From the human T2T-CHM13v2.0 reference genome, Homo sapiens, in assembly GCF_009914755.1 (NCBI RefSeq), contig NC_060942.1: a stretch of DNA of 64,000 nt, one strand, 5' to 3'. The notes below the pieces were generated by a model. That model was given only the letters and a program-made list of their open reading frames with translations. It was not told the origin of the DNA and searched no databases. The first letter of the stretch is position 1. Every line of letters begins with the position of its first letter. A program made the position numbers and the translations under genes. This document shows, one piece after another, positions 39,601 through 54,600 of this stretch.

Positions 39601-42600
39601 AACTAAAGGAGTAGAACCTTTCTTTTCATAGAGAAGTTTTGAAACGCTCTTTTTGTGGAATCTGCAAGTGGATATTTGGCTAGTTTTGAGGATTTCGTTG
39701 GAAGCGGGAATTCATACAAATTGCAGACTGCAGCGTTCTGAGAAACATCTTTGTGATGTTTGTATTCAGGACACAGAGTTGAACATTCCCTATCATAGAG
39801 CAGGTTGGAATCACTCCTTTTGTAGTATCTGGAAGTGGACATTTGGAGCGCTTTCAGGCCTATGTTGGAAAAGGAAATATCTTCCCATAACAACTAGACA
39901 GAAGCATTCTCAGAAACTTATTTGAGATGTGTGTACTCAACTAAGAGAATTGAACCACCGTTTTGAAGGAGCAGTTTTGAAACTCTCTTTTTCTGGAATC
40001 TGCAAGTGGATATTTGGCTAGCTTTGGGGATTTCGCTGGAAGCGGGAATACATATAAAAAGCACACAGCAGCGTTCTGAGAAACTGCTTTCTGATGTTTG
40101 CATTCAAGTCAAAAGTTGAACACTCCCTTTCATAGAGCAGTCCTGAAACACCCCTTTTGTAGTATCTGGAACTGGACTTTTGGAGCGATTTCAGGGCTAA
40201 GGTGAAAAAGGAAATATCTTCCCATAAAAACTGGACAGAAGCATTCTCAGAAACTTGTTTATGCTGTATCTACTCAACTAACAAAGTTGAACCTTTCTTT
40301 TGATAGAGCAGTTTTGAAATGGTCTTTTTGTGGAATCTGCAAGTGGATATTTGGCTAGTTTTGAGGATTTCGTTGGAAGCGGGAATTCATACAAATTGCA
40401 GACTGCAGCGTTCTGAGAAACATCTTTGTGATGTTTGTATTCAGGACACAGAGTTGAACATTCCCTATCATAGAGCAGGTTGGAATCACTCCTTTTGTAG
40501 TATCTGGAAGTGGACATTTGGAGCGCTTTCAGGCCTATTTTGGAAAGGGAAATATCTTCCCGTAACAACTATGCAGAAGCATTCTCAGAAACTTGTTTGT
40601 GATGTGTGCCCTCTACTGACAGAGTTGAACCTTTCTTTTCATAGAGCAGTTTTGAAACACTCTTTTTGTAGAATCTGCAAGAGGATATTTGCATAGCTTT
40701 GAGGATTTCGTGGGAAACGGGATTGTCTTCAGGTAAAATCTAGACAGAAGCATTCTCAGAAACTTCTTTGGGATGTTTGCATTCAAGTCACAGAGTAGAA
40801 CATTCCCTTTGGTAGAGCAGGTTTGAAACACTCTTTTTGTAGTATCTGGAAGTGGACATTTGGAGCGCTTTCAGGCCCATGTTGGAAAGGGAAATATCTT
40901 CCCGTAACAACTAGGCAGAAGCATTCTCAGAAACTTATTTGAGATGTGTGTACTCAACTAAGAGAATTGAACCACCGTTTTGAAGGAGCAGTTTTGAAAC
41001 ACTCTTTTTCTGGAATCTGCAAGAGTATATTTGCCTAGCCTTGAGGATTTCGTTGGAAACGGGATTGTCTTCAGAGAAAATCTAGACAGAAGCATTCTCA
41101 GAAACTTCTTTGGGATGCTTGCATTCAAGTCACAGAGTAGAACATTCCCTTTGGTAGAGCAGGTTTGAAACACTCTTTTTGTAGTATCTGGAAGTGGACA
41201 TTTGGAGCGCTTTCAGGCCTACGTTGGAAAAGGAAATATCTTCCCATAACAACTAGACAGAAGCATTCTCAGAAACTAGTTTCTGATGTGTGTCCTCAAC
41301 TAACACAGTTGAACATTTCTTTAGACAGAACAGTTTTGAAACACTCTTTTTGTGGAATCTGCAAGTGGCTATTTGGCTAGATTTGAGGATTTCGTTGGAA
41401 ACGGGATTACATATAAAAAGCAGTCAGCGGCATTCTCAGAAAGTTCTTTGTGATGATTGCATTCAAGTCACAGAATTGAACATTCCCTTTCACAGAGCAG
41501 GTTTGAAACACTCTTTTTGTAGTGTGTGTAAGTGGACATTTGGAGCACTTACCGGCCTAAGGTGAAAAAGGAAATAATCTTCCCATAAAAACTAGACAGA
41601 AGCATTCTCAGAAACTTACTCGTGATGTGTGTCCTCAACTAAAGGAGTAGAACCTTTCTTTTCATAGAGAAGTTTTGAAACGCTCTTTTTGTGGAATCTG
41701 CAAGTGGATATTTGGCTAGTTTTGAGGATTTCGTTGGAAGCGGGAATTCATACAAATTGCAGACTGCAGCGTTCTGAGAAACATCTTTGTGATGTTTGTA
41801 TTCAGGACACAGAGTTGAACATTCCCTATCATAGAGCAGGTTTGAATCACTCCTTTTGTAGTATCTGGAAGTGGACATTTGGAGCGCTTTCAGGCCTATG
41901 TTGGAAAAGGAAATATCTTCCCATAACAACTAGACAGAAGCATTCTCAGAAACTTATTTGAGATGTGTGTACTCAACTAAGAGAATTGAACCACCGTTTT
42001 GAAGGAGCAGTTTTGAAACTCTCTTTTTCTGGAATCTGCAAGTGGATATTTGGCTAGCTTTGGGGATTTCGCTGGAAGCGGGAATACATATAAAAAGCAC
42101 ACAGCAGCGTTCTGAGAAACTGCTTTCTGATGTTTGCATTCAAGTCAAAAGTTGAACACTCCCTTTCATAGAGCAGTCCTGAAACACCCCTTTTGTAGTA
42201 TCTGGAACTGGACTTTTGGAGCGATTTCAGGGCTAAGGTGAAAAAGGAAATATCTTCCCATAAAAACTGGACAGAAGCATTCTCAGAAACTTGTTTATGC
42301 TGTATCTACTCAACTAACAAAGTTGAACCTTTCTTTTGATAGAGCAGTTTTGAAATGGTCTTTTTGTGGAATCTGCAAGTGGATATTTGGCTAGTTTTGA
42401 GGATTTCGTTGGAAGCGGGAATTCATACAAATTGCAGACTGCAGCGTTCTGAGAAACATCTTTGTGATGTTTGTATTCAGGACACAGAGTTGAACATTCC
42501 CTATCATAGAGCAGGTTGGAATCACTCCTTTTGTAGTATCTGGAAGTGGACATTTGGAGCGCTTTCAGGCCTATTTTGGAAAGGGAAATATCTTCCCGTA

Positions 42601-45600
42601 ACAACTATGCAGAAGCATTCTCAGAAACTTGTTTGTGATGTGTGCCCTCTACTGACAGAGTTGAACCTTTCTTTTCATAGAGCAGTTTTGAAACACTCTT
42701 TTTGTAGAATCTGCAAGAGGATATTTGCATAGCTTTGAGGATTTCGTGGGAAACGGGATTGTCTTCAGGTAAAATCTAGACAGAAGCATTCTCAGAAACT
42801 TCTTTGGGATGTTTGCATTCAAGTCACAGAGTAGAACATTCCCTTTGGTAGAGCAGGTTTGAAACACTCTTTTTGTAGTATCTGGAAGTGGACATTTGGA
42901 GCGCTTTCAGGCCCATGTTGGAAAGGGAAATATCTTCCCGTAACAACTAGGCAGAAGCATTCTCAGAAACTTATTTGAGATGTGTGTACTCAACTAAGAG
43001 AATTGAACCACCGTTTTGAAGGAGCAGTTTTGAAACACTCTTTTTCTGGAATCTGCAAGAGTATATTTGCCTAGCCTTGAGGATTTCGTTGGAAACGGGA
43101 TTGTCTTCAGAGAAAATCTAGACAGAAGCATTCTCAGAAACTTCTTTGGGATGCTTGCATTCAAGTCACAGAGTAGAACATTCCCTTTGGTAGAGCAGGT
43201 TTGAAACACTCTTTTTGTAGTATCTGGAAGTGGACATTTGGAGCGCTTTCAGGCCTACGTTGGAAAAGGAAATATCTTCCCATAACAACTAGACAGAAGC
43301 ATTCTCAGAAACTAGTTTCTGATGTGTGTCCTCAACTAACACAGTTGAACATTTCTTTAGACAGAACAGTTTTGAAACACTCTTTTTGTGGAATCTGCAA
43401 GTGGCTATTTGGCTAGATTTGAGGATTTCGTTGGAAACGGGATTACATATAAAAAGCAGTCAGCGGCATTCTCAGAAAGTTCTTTGTGATGATTGCATTC
43501 AAGTCACAGAATTGAACATTCCCTTTCACAGAGCAGGTTTGAAACACTCTTTTTGTAGTGTGTGTAAGTGGACATTTGGAGCACTTACCGGCCTAAGGTG
43601 AAAAAGGAAATATCTTCCCATAAAAACTAGACAGAAGCATTCTCAGAAACTTACTCGTGATGTGTGTCCTCAACTAAAGGAGTAGAACCTTTCTTTTCAT
43701 AGAGAAGTTTTGAAACGCTCTTTTTGTGGAATCTGCAAGTGGATATTTGGCTAGTTTTGAGGATTTCGTTGGAAGCGGGAATTCATACAAATTGCAGACT
43801 GCAGCGTTCTGAGAAACATCTTTGTGATGTTTGTATTCAGGACACAGAGTTGAACATTCCCTATCATAGAGCAGGTTTGAATCACTCCTTTTGTAGTATC
43901 TGGAAGTGGACATTTGGAGCGCTTTCAGGCCTATGTTGGAAAAGGAAATATCTTCCCATAACAACTAGACAGAAGCATTCTCAGAAACTTATTTGAGATG
44001 TGTGTACTCAACTAAGAGAATTGAACCACCGTTTTGAAGGAGCAGTTTTGAAACTCTCTTTTTCTGGAATCTGCAAGTGGATATTTGGCTAGCTTTGGGG
44101 ATTTCGCTGGAAGCGGGAATACATATAAAAAGCACACAGCAGCGTTCTGAGAAACTGCTTTCTGATGTTTGCATTCAAGTCAAAAGTTGAACACTCCCTT
44201 TCATAGAGCAGTCCTGAAACACCCCTTTTGTAGTATCTGGAACTGGACTTTTGGAGCGATTTCAGGGCTAAGGTGAAAAAGGAAATATCTTCCCATAAAA
44301 ACTGGACAGAAGCATTCTCAGAAACTTGTTTATGCTGTATCTACTCAACTAACAAAGTTGAACCTTTCTTTTGATAGAGCAGTTTTGAAATGGTCTTTTT
44401 GTGGAATCTGCAAGTGGATATTTGGCTAGTTTTGAGGATTTCGTTGGAAGCGGGAATTCATACAAATTGCAGACTGCAGCGTTCTGAGAAACATCTTTGT
44501 GATGTTTGTATTCAGGACACAGAGTTGAACATTCCCTATCATAGAGCAGGTTGGAATCACTCCTTTTGTAGTATCTGGAAGTGGACATTTGGAGCGTTTT
44601 CAGGCCTATTTTGGAAAGGGAAATATCTTCCCGTAACAACTATGCAGAAGCATTCTCAGAAACTTGTTTGTGATGTGTGCCCTCTACTGACAGAGTTGAA
44701 CCTTTCTTTTCATAGAGCAGTTTTGAAACACTCTTTTTGTAGAATCTGCAAGAGGATATTTGCATAGCTTTGAGGATTTCGTGGGAAACGGGATTGTCTT
44801 CAGGTAAAATCTAGACAGAAGCATTCTCAGAAACTTCTTTGGGATGTTTGCATTCAAGTCACAGAGTAGAACATTCCCTTTGGTAGAGCAGGTTTGAAAC
44901 ACTCTTTTTGTAGTATCTGGAAGTGGACATTTGGAGCGCTTTCAGGCCCATGTTGGAAAGGGAAATATCTTCCCGTAACAACTAGGCAGAAGCATTCTCA
45001 GAAACTTATTTGAGATGTGTGTACTCAACTAAGAGAATTGAACCACCGTTTTGAAGGAGCAGTTTTGAAACACTCTTTTTCTGGAATCTGCAAGAGTATA
45101 TTTGCCTAGCCTTGAGGATTTCGTTGGAAACGGGATTGTCTTCAGAGAAAATCTAGACAGAAGCATTCTCAGAAACTTCTTTGGGATGCTTGCATTCAAG
45201 TCACAGAGTAGAACATTCCCTTTGGTAGAGCAGGTTTGAAACACTCTTTTTGTAGTATCTGGAAGTGGACATTTGGAGCGCTTTCAGGCCTACGTTGGAA
45301 AAGGAAATATCTTCCCATAACAACTAGACAGAAGCATTCTCAGAAACTAGTTTCTGATGTGTGTCCTCAACTAACACAGTTGAACATTTCTTTAGACAGA
45401 ACAGTTTTGAAACACTCTTTTTGTGGAATCTGCAAGTGGCTATTTGGCTAGATTTGAGGATTTCGTTGGAAACGGGATTACATATAAAAAGCAGTCAGCG
45501 GCATTCTCAGAAAGTTCTTTGTGATGATTGCATTCAAGTCACAGAATTGAACATTCCCTTTCACAGAGCAGGTTTGAAACACTCTTTTTGTAGTGTGTGT

Positions 45601-48600
45601 AAGTGGACATTTGGAGCACTTACCGGCCTAAGGTGAAAAAGGAAATAATCTTCCCATAAAAACTAGACAGAAGCATTCTCAGAAACTTACTCGTGATGTG
45701 TGTCCTCAACTAAAGGAGTAGAACCTTTCTTTTCATAGAGAAGTTTTGAAACGCTCTTTTTGTGGAATCTGCAAGTGGATATTTGGCTAGTTTTGAGGAT
45801 TTCGTTGGAAGCGGGAATTCATACAAATTGCAGACTGCAGCGTTCTGAGAAACATCTTTGTGATGTTTGTATTCAGGACACAGAGTTGAACATTCCCTAT
45901 CATAGAGCAGGTTTGAATCACTCCTTTTGTAGTATCTGGAAGTGGACATTTGGAGCGCTTTCAGGCCTATGTTGGAAAAGGAAATATCTTCCCATAACAA
46001 CTAGACAGAAGCATTCTCAGAAACTTATTTGAGATGTGTGTACTCAACTAAGAGAATTGAACCACCGTTTTGAAGGAGCAGTTTTGAAACTCTCTTTTTC
46101 TGGAATCTGCAAGTGGATATTTGGCTAGCTTTGGGGATTTCGCTGGAAGCGGGAATACATATAAAAAGCACACAGCAGCGTTCTGAGAAACTGCTTTCTG
46201 ATGTTTGCATTCAAGTCAAAAGTTGAACACTCCCTTTCATAGAGCAGTCCTGAAACACCCCTTTTGTAGTATCTGGAACTGGACTTTTGGAGCGATTTCA
46301 GGGCTAAGGTGAAAAAGGAAATATCTTCCCATAAAAACTGGACAGAAGCATTCTCAGAAACTTGTTTATGCTGTATCTACTCAACTAACAAAGTTGAACC
46401 TTTCTTTTGATAGAGCAGTTTTGAAATGGTCTTTTTGTGGAATCTGCAAGTGGATATTTGGCTAGTTTTGAGGATTTCGTTGGAAGCGGGAATTCATACA
46501 AATTGCAGACTGCAGCGTTCTGAGAAACATCTTTGTGATGTTTGTATTCAGGACACAGAGTTGAACATTCCCTATCATAGAGCAGGTTGGAATCACTCCT
46601 TTTGTAGTATCTGGAAGTGGACATTTGGAGCGCTTTCAGGCCTATTTTGGAAAGGGAAATATCTTCCCGTAACAACTATGCAGAAGCATTCTCAGAAACT
46701 TGTTTGTGATGTGTGCCCTCTACTGACAGAGTTGAACCTTTCTTTTCATAGAGCAGTTTTGAAACACTCTTTTTGTAGAATCTGCAAGAGGATATTTGCA
46801 TAGCTTTGAGGATTTCGTGGGAAACGGGATTGTCTTCAGGTAAAATCTAGACAGAAGCATTCTCAGAAACTTCTTTGGGATGTTTGCATTCAAGTCACAG
46901 AGTAGAACATTCCCTTTGGTAGAGCAGGTTTGAAACACTCTTTTTGTAGTATCTGGAAGTGGACATTTGGAGCGCTTTCAGGCCCATGTTGGAAAGGGAA
47001 ATATCTTCCCGTAACAACTAGGCAGAAGCATTCTCAGAAACTTATTTGAGATGTGTGTACTCAACTAAGAGAATTGAACCACCGTTTTGAAGGAGCAGTT
47101 TTGAAACACTCTTTTTCTGGAATCTGCAAGAGTATATTTGCCTAGCCTTGAGGATTTCGTTGGAAACGGGATTGTCTTCAGAGAAAATCTAGACAGAAGC
47201 ATTCTCAGAAACTTCTTTGGGATGCTTGCATTCAAGTCACAGAGTAGAACATTCCCTTTGGTAGAGCAGGTTTGAAACACTCTTTTTGTAGTATCTGGAA
47301 GTGGACATTTGGAGCGCTTTCAGGCCTACGTTGGAAAAGGAAATATCTTCCCATAACAACTAGACAGAAGCATTCTCAGAAACTAGTTTCTGATGTGTGT
47401 CCTCAACTAACACAGTTGAACATTTCTTTAGACAGAACAGTTTTGAAACACTCTTTTTGTGGAATCTGCAAGTGGCTATTTGGCTAGATTTGAGGATTTC
47501 GTTGGAAACGGGATTACATATAAAAAGCAGTCAGCGGCATTCTCAGAAAGTTCTTTGTGATGATTGCATTCAAGTCACAGAATTGAACATTCCCTTTCAC
47601 AGAGCAGGTTTGAAACACTCTTTTTGTAGTGTGTGTAAGTGGACATTTGGAGCACTTACCGGCCTAAGGTGAAAAAGGAAATATCTTCCCATAAAAACTA
47701 GACAGAAGCATTCTCAGAAACTTACTCGTGATGTGTGTCCTCAACTAAAGGAGTAGAACCTTTCTTTTCATAGAGAAGTTTTGAAACGCTCTTTTTGTGG
47801 AATCTGCAAGTGGATATTTGGCTAGTTTTGAGGATTTCGTTGGAAGCGGGAATTCATACAAATTGCAGACTGCAGCGTTCTGAGAAACATCTTTGTGATG
47901 TTTGTATTCAGGACACAGAGTTGAACATTCCCTATCATAGAGCAGGTTTGAATCACTCCTTTTGTAGTATCTGGAAGTGGACATTTGGAGCGCTTTCAGG
48001 CCTATGTTGGAAAAGGAAATATCTTCCCATAACAACTAGACAGAAGCATTCTCAGAAACTTATTTGAGATGTGTGTACTCAACTAAGAGAATTGAACCAC
48101 CGTTTTGAAGGAGCAGTTTTGAAACTCTCTTTTTCTGGAATCTGCAAGTGGATATTTGGCTAGCTTTGGGGATTTCGCTGGAAGCGGGAATACATATAAA
48201 AAGCACACAGCAGCGTTCTGAGAAACTGCTTTCTGATGTTTGCATTCAAGTCAAAAGTTGAACACTCCCTTTCATAGAGCAGTCCTGAAACACCCCTTTT
48301 GTAGTATCTGGAACTGGACTTTTGGAGCGATTTCAGGGCTAAGGTGAAAAAGGAAATATCTTCCCATAAAAACTGGACAGAAGCATTCTCAGAAACTTGT
48401 TTATGCTGTATCTACTCAACTAACAAAGTTGAACCTTTCTTTTGATAGAGCAGTTTTGAAATGGTCTTTTTGTGGAATCTGCAAGTGGATATTTGGCTAG
48501 TTTTGAGGATTTCGTTGGAAGCGGGAATTCATACAAATTGCAGACTGCAGCGTTCTGAGAAACATCTTTGTGATGTTTGTATTCAGGACACAGAGTTGAA

Positions 48601-51600
48601 CATTCCCTATCATAGAGCAGGTTGGAATCACTCCTTTTGTAGTATCTGGAAGTGGACATTTGGAGCGCTTTCAGGCCTATTTTGGAAAGGGAAATATCTT
48701 CCCGTAACAACTATGCAGAAGCATTCTCAGAAACTTGTTTGTGATGTGTGCCCTCTACTGACAGAGTTGAACCTTTCTTTTCATAGAGCAGTTTTGAAAC
48801 ACTCTTTTTGTAGAATCTGCAAGAGGATATTTGCATAGCTTTGAGGATTTCGTGGGAAACGGGATTGTCTTCAGGTAAAATCTAGACAGAAGCATTCTCA
48901 GAAACTTCTTTGGGATGTTTGCATTCAAGTCACAGAGTAGAACATTCCCTTTGGTAGAGCAGGTTTGAAACACTCTTTTTGTAGTATCTGGAAGTGGACA
49001 TTTGGAGCGCTTTCAGGCCCATGTTGGAAAGGGAAATATCTTCCCGTAACAACTAGGCAGAAGCATTCTCAGAAACTTATTTGAGATGTGTGTACTCAAC
49101 TAAGAGAATTGAACCACCGTTTTGAAGGAGCAGTTTTGAAACACTCTTTTTCTGGAATCTGCAAGAGTATATTTGCCTAGCCTTGAGGATTTCGTTGGAA
49201 ACGGGATTGTCTTCAGAGAAAATCTAGACAGAAGCATTCTCAGAAACTTCTTTGGGATGCTTGCATTCAAGTCACAGAGTAGAACATTCCCTTTGGTAGA
49301 GCAGGTTTGAAACACTCTTTTTGTAGTATCTGGAAGTGGACATTTGGAGCGCTTTCAGGCCTACGTTGGAAAAGGAAATATCTTCCCATAACAACTAGAC
49401 AGAAGCATTCTCAGAAACTAGTTTCTGATGTGTGTCCTCAACTAACACAGTTGAACATTTCTTTAGACAGAACAGTTTTGAAACACTCTTTTTGTGGAAT
49501 CTGCAAGTGGCTATTTGGCTAGATTTGAGGATTTCGTTGGAAACGGGATTACATATAAAAAGCAGTCAGCGGCATTCTCAGAAAGTTCTTTGTGATGATT
49601 GCATTCAAGTCACAGAATTGAACATTCCCTTTCACAGAGCAGGTTTGAAACACTCTTTTTGTAGTGTGTGTAAGTGGACATTTGGAGCACTTACCGGCCT
49701 AAGGTGAAAAAGGAAATATCTTCCCATAAAAACTAGACAGAAGCATTCTCAGAAACTTACTCGTGATGTGTGTCCTCAACTAAAGGAGTAGAACCTTTCT
49801 TTTCATAGAGAAGTTTTGAAACGCTCTTTTTGTGGAATCTGCAAGTGGATATTTGGCTAGTTTTGAGGATTTCGTTGGAAGCGGGAATTCATACAAATTG
49901 CAGACTGCAGCGTTCTGAGAAACATCTTTGTGATGTTTGTATTCAGGACACAGAGTTGAACATTCCCTATCATAGAGCAGGTTTGAATCACTCCTTTTGT
50001 AGTATCTGGAAGTGGACATTTGGAGCGCTTTCAGGCCTATGTTGGAAAAGGAAATATCTTCCCATAACAACTAGACAGAAGCATTCTCAGAAACTTATTT
50101 GAGATGTGTGTACTCAACTAAGAGAATTGAACCACCGTTTTGAAGGAGCAGTTTTGAAACTCTCTTTTTCTGGAATCTGCAAGTGGATATTTGGCTAGCT
50201 TTGGGGATTTCGCTGGAAGCGGGAATACATATAAAAAGCACACAGCAGCGTTCTGAGAAACTGCTTTCTGATGTTTGCATTCAAGTCAAAAGTTGAACAC
50301 TCCCTTTCATAGAGCAGTCCTGAAACACCCCTTTTGTAGTATCTGGAACTGAACTTTTGGAGCGATTTCAGGGCTAAGGTGAAAAAGGAAATATCTTCCC
50401 ATAAAAACTGGACAGAAGCATTCTCAGAAACTTGTTTATGCTGTATCTACTCAACTAACAAAGTTGAACCTTTCTTTTGATAGAGCAGTTTTGAAATGGT
50501 CTTTTTGTGGAATCTGCAAGTGGATATTTGGCTAGTTTTGAGGATTTCGTTGGAAGCGGGAATTCATACAAATTGCAGACTGCAGCGTTCTGAGAAACAT
50601 CTTTGTGATGTTTGTATTCAGGACACAGAGTTGAACATTCCCTATCATAGAGCAGGTTGGAATCACTCCTTTTGTAGTATCTGGAAGTGGACATTTGGAG
50701 CGCTTTCAGGCCTATTTTGGAAAGGGAAATATCTTCCCGTAACAACTATGCAGAAGCATTCTCAGAAACTTGTTTGTGATGTGTGCCCTCTACTGACAGA
50801 GTTGAACCTTTCTTTTCATAGAGCAGTTTTGAAACACTCTTTTTGTAGAATCTGCAAGAGGATATTTGCATAGCTTTGAGGATTTCGTGGGAAACGGGAT
50901 TGTCTTCAGGTAAAATCTAGACAGAAGCATTCTCAGAAACTTCTTTGGGATGTTTGCATTCAAGTCACAGAGTAGAACATTCCCTTTGGTAGAGCAGGTT
51001 TGAAACACTCTTTTTGTAGTATCTGGAAGTGGACATTTGGAGCGCTTTCAGGCCCATGTTGGAAAGGGAAATATCTTCCCGTAACAACTAGGCAGAAGCA
51101 TTCTCAGAAACTTATTTGAGATGTGTGTACTCAACTAAGAGAATTGAACCACCGTTTTGAAGGAGCAGTTTTGAAACACTCTTTTTCTGGAATCTGCAAG
51201 AGTATATTTGCCTAGCCTTGAGGATTTCGTTGGAAACGGGATTGTCTTCAGAGAAAATCTAGACAGAAGCATTCTCAGAAACTTCTTTGGGATGCTTGCA
51301 TTCAAGTCACAGAGTAGAACATTCCCTTTGGTAGAGCAGGTTTGAAACACTCTTTTTGTAGTATCTGGAAGTGGACATTTGGAGCGCTTTCAGGCCTACG
51401 TTGGAAAAGGAAATATCTTCCCATAACAACTAGACAGAAGCATTCTCAGAAACTAGTTTCTGATGTGTGTCCTCAACTAACACAGTTGAACATTTCTTTA
51501 GACAGAACAGTTTTGAAACACTCTTTTTGTGGAATCTGCAAGTGGCTATTTGGCTAGATTTGAGGATTTCGTTGGAAACGGGATTACATATAAAAAGCAG

Positions 51601-54600
51601 TCAGCGGCATTCTCAGAAAGTTCTTTGTGATGATTGCATTCAAGTCACAGAATTGAACATTCCCTTTCACAGAGCAGGTTTGAAACACTCTTTTTGTAGT
51701 GTGTGTAAGTGGACATTTGGAGCACTTACCGGCCTAAGGTGAAAAAGGAAATATCTTCCCATAAAAACTAGACAGAAGCATTCTCAGAAACTTACTCGTG
51801 ATGTGTGTCCTCAACTAAAGGAGTAGAACCTTTCTTTTCATAGAGAAGTTTTGAAACGCTCTTTTTGTGGAATCTGCAAGTGGATATTTGGCTAGTTTTG
51901 AGGATTTCGTTGGAAGCGGGAATTCATACAAATTGCAGACTGCAGCGTTCTGAGAAACATCTTTGTGATGTTTGTATTCAGGACACAGAGTTGAACATTC
52001 CCTATCATAGAGCAGGTTGGAATCACTCCTTTTGTAGTATCTGGAAGTGGACATTTGGAGCGCTTTCAGGCCTATGTTGGAAAAGGAAATATCTTCCCAT
52101 AACAACTAGACAGAAGCATTCTCAGAAACTTATTTGAGATGTGTGTACTCAACTAAGAGAATTGAACCACCGTTTTGAAGGAGCAGTTTTGAAACTCTCT
52201 TTTTCTGGAATCTGCAAGTGGATATTTGGCTAGCTTTGGGGATTTCGCTGGAAGCGGGAATACATATAAAAAGCACACAGCAGCGTTCTGAGAAACTGCT
52301 TTCTGATGTTTGCATTCAAGTCAAAAGTTGAACACTCCCTTTCATAGAGCAGTCCTGAAACACCCCTTTTGTAGTATCTGGAACTGGACTTTTGGAGCGA
52401 TTTCAGGGCTAAGGTGAAAAAGGAAATATCTTCCCATAAAAACTGGACAGAAGCATTCTCAGAAACTTGTTTATGCTGTATCTACTCAACTAACAAAGTT
52501 GAACCTTTCTTTTGATAGAGCAGTTTTGAAATGGTCTTTTTGTGGAATCTGCAAGTGGATATTTGGCTAGTTTTGAGGATTTCGTTGGAAGCGGGAATTC
52601 ATACAAATTGCAGACTGCAGCGTTCTGAGAAACATCTTTGTGATGTTTGTATTCAGGACACAGAGTTGAACATTCCCTATCATAGAGCAGGTTGGAATCA
52701 CTCCTTTTGTAGTATCTGGAAGTGGACATTTGGAGCGCTTTCAGGCCTATTTTGGAAAGGGAAATATCTTCCCGTAACAACTATGCAGAAGCATTCTCAG
52801 AAACTTGTTTGTGATGTGTGCCCTCTACTGACAGAGTTGAACCTTTCTTTTCATAGAGCAGTTTTGAAACACTCTTTTTGTAGAATCTGCAAGAGGATAT
52901 TTGCATAGCTTTGAGGATTTCGTGGGAAACGGGATTGTCTTCAGGTAAAATCTAGACAGAAGCATTCTCAGAAACTTCTTTGGGATGTTTGCATTCAAGT
53001 CACAGAGTAGAACATTCCCTTTGGTAGAGCAGGTTTGAAACACTCTTTTTGTAGTATCTGGAAGTGGACATTTGGAGCGCTTTCAGGCCCATGTTGGAAA
53101 GGGAAATATCTTCCCGTAACAACTAGGCAGAAGCATTCTCAGAAACTTATTTGAGATGTGTGTACTCAACTAAGAGAATTGAACCACCGTTTTGAAGGAG
53201 CAGTTTTGAAACACTCTTTTTCTGGAATCTGCAAGAGTATATTTGCCTAGCCTTGAGGATTTCGTTGGAAACGGGATTGTCTTCAGAGAAAATCTAGACA
53301 GAAGCATTCTCAGAAACTTCTTTGGGATGCTTGCATTCAAGTCACAGAGTAGAACATTCCCTTTGGTAGAGCAGGTTTGAAACACTCTTTTTTTAGTATC
53401 TGGAAGTGGACATTTGGAGCGCTTTCAGGCCTACGTTGGAAAAGGAAATATCTTCCCATAACAACTAGACAGAAGCATTCTCAGAAACTAGTTTCTGATG
53501 TGTGTCCTCAACTAACACAGTTGAACATTTCTTTAGACAGAACAGTTTTGAAACACTCTTTTTGTGGAATCTGCAAGTGGCTATTTGGCTAGATTTGAGG
53601 ATTTCGTTGGAAACGGGATTACATATAAAAAGCAGTCAGCGGCATTCTCAGAAAGTTCTTTGTGATGATTGCATTCAAGTCACAGAATTGAACATTCCCT
53701 TTCACAGAGCAGGTTTGAAACACTCTTTTTGTAGTGTGTGTAAGTGGACATTTGGAGCACTTACCGGCCTAAGGTGAAAAAGGAAATATCTTCCCATAAA
53801 AACTAGACAGAAGCATTCTCAGAAACTTACTCGTGATGTGTGTCCTCAACTAAAGGAGTAGAACCTTTCTTTTCATAGAGAAGTTTTGAAACGCTCTTTT
53901 TGTGGAATCTGCAAGTGGATATTTGGCTAGTTTTGAGGATTTCGTTGGAAGCGGGAATTCATACAAATTGCAGACTGCAGCGTTCTGAGAAACATCTTTG
54001 TGATGTTTGTATTCAGGACACAGAGTTGAACATTCCCTATCATAGAGCAGGTTTGAATCACTCCTTTTGTAGTATCTGGAAGTGGACATTTGGAGCGCTT
54101 TCAGGCCTATGTTGGAAAAGGAAATATCTTCCCATAACAACTAGACAGAAGCATTCTCAGAAACTTATTTGAGATGTGTGTACTCAACTAAGAGAATTGA
54201 ACCACCGTTTTGAAGGAGCAGTTTTGAAACTCTCTTTTTCTGGAATCTGCAAGTGGATATTTGGCTAGCTTTGGGGATTTCGCTGGAAGCGGGAATACAT
54301 ATAAAAAGCACACAGCAGCGTTCTGAGAAACTGCTTTCTGATGTTTGCATTCAAGTCAAAAGTTGAACACTCCCTTTCATAGAGCAGTCCTGAAACACCC
54401 CTTTTGTAGTATCTGGAACTGGACTTTTGGAGCGATTTCAGGGCTAAGGTGAAAAAGGAAATATCTTCCCATAAAAACTGGACAGAAGCATTCTCAGAAA
54501 CTTGTTTATGCTGTATCTACTCAACTAACAAAGTTGAACCTTTCTTTTGATAGAGCAGTTTTGAAATGGTCTTTTTGTGGAATCTGCAAGTGGATATTTG

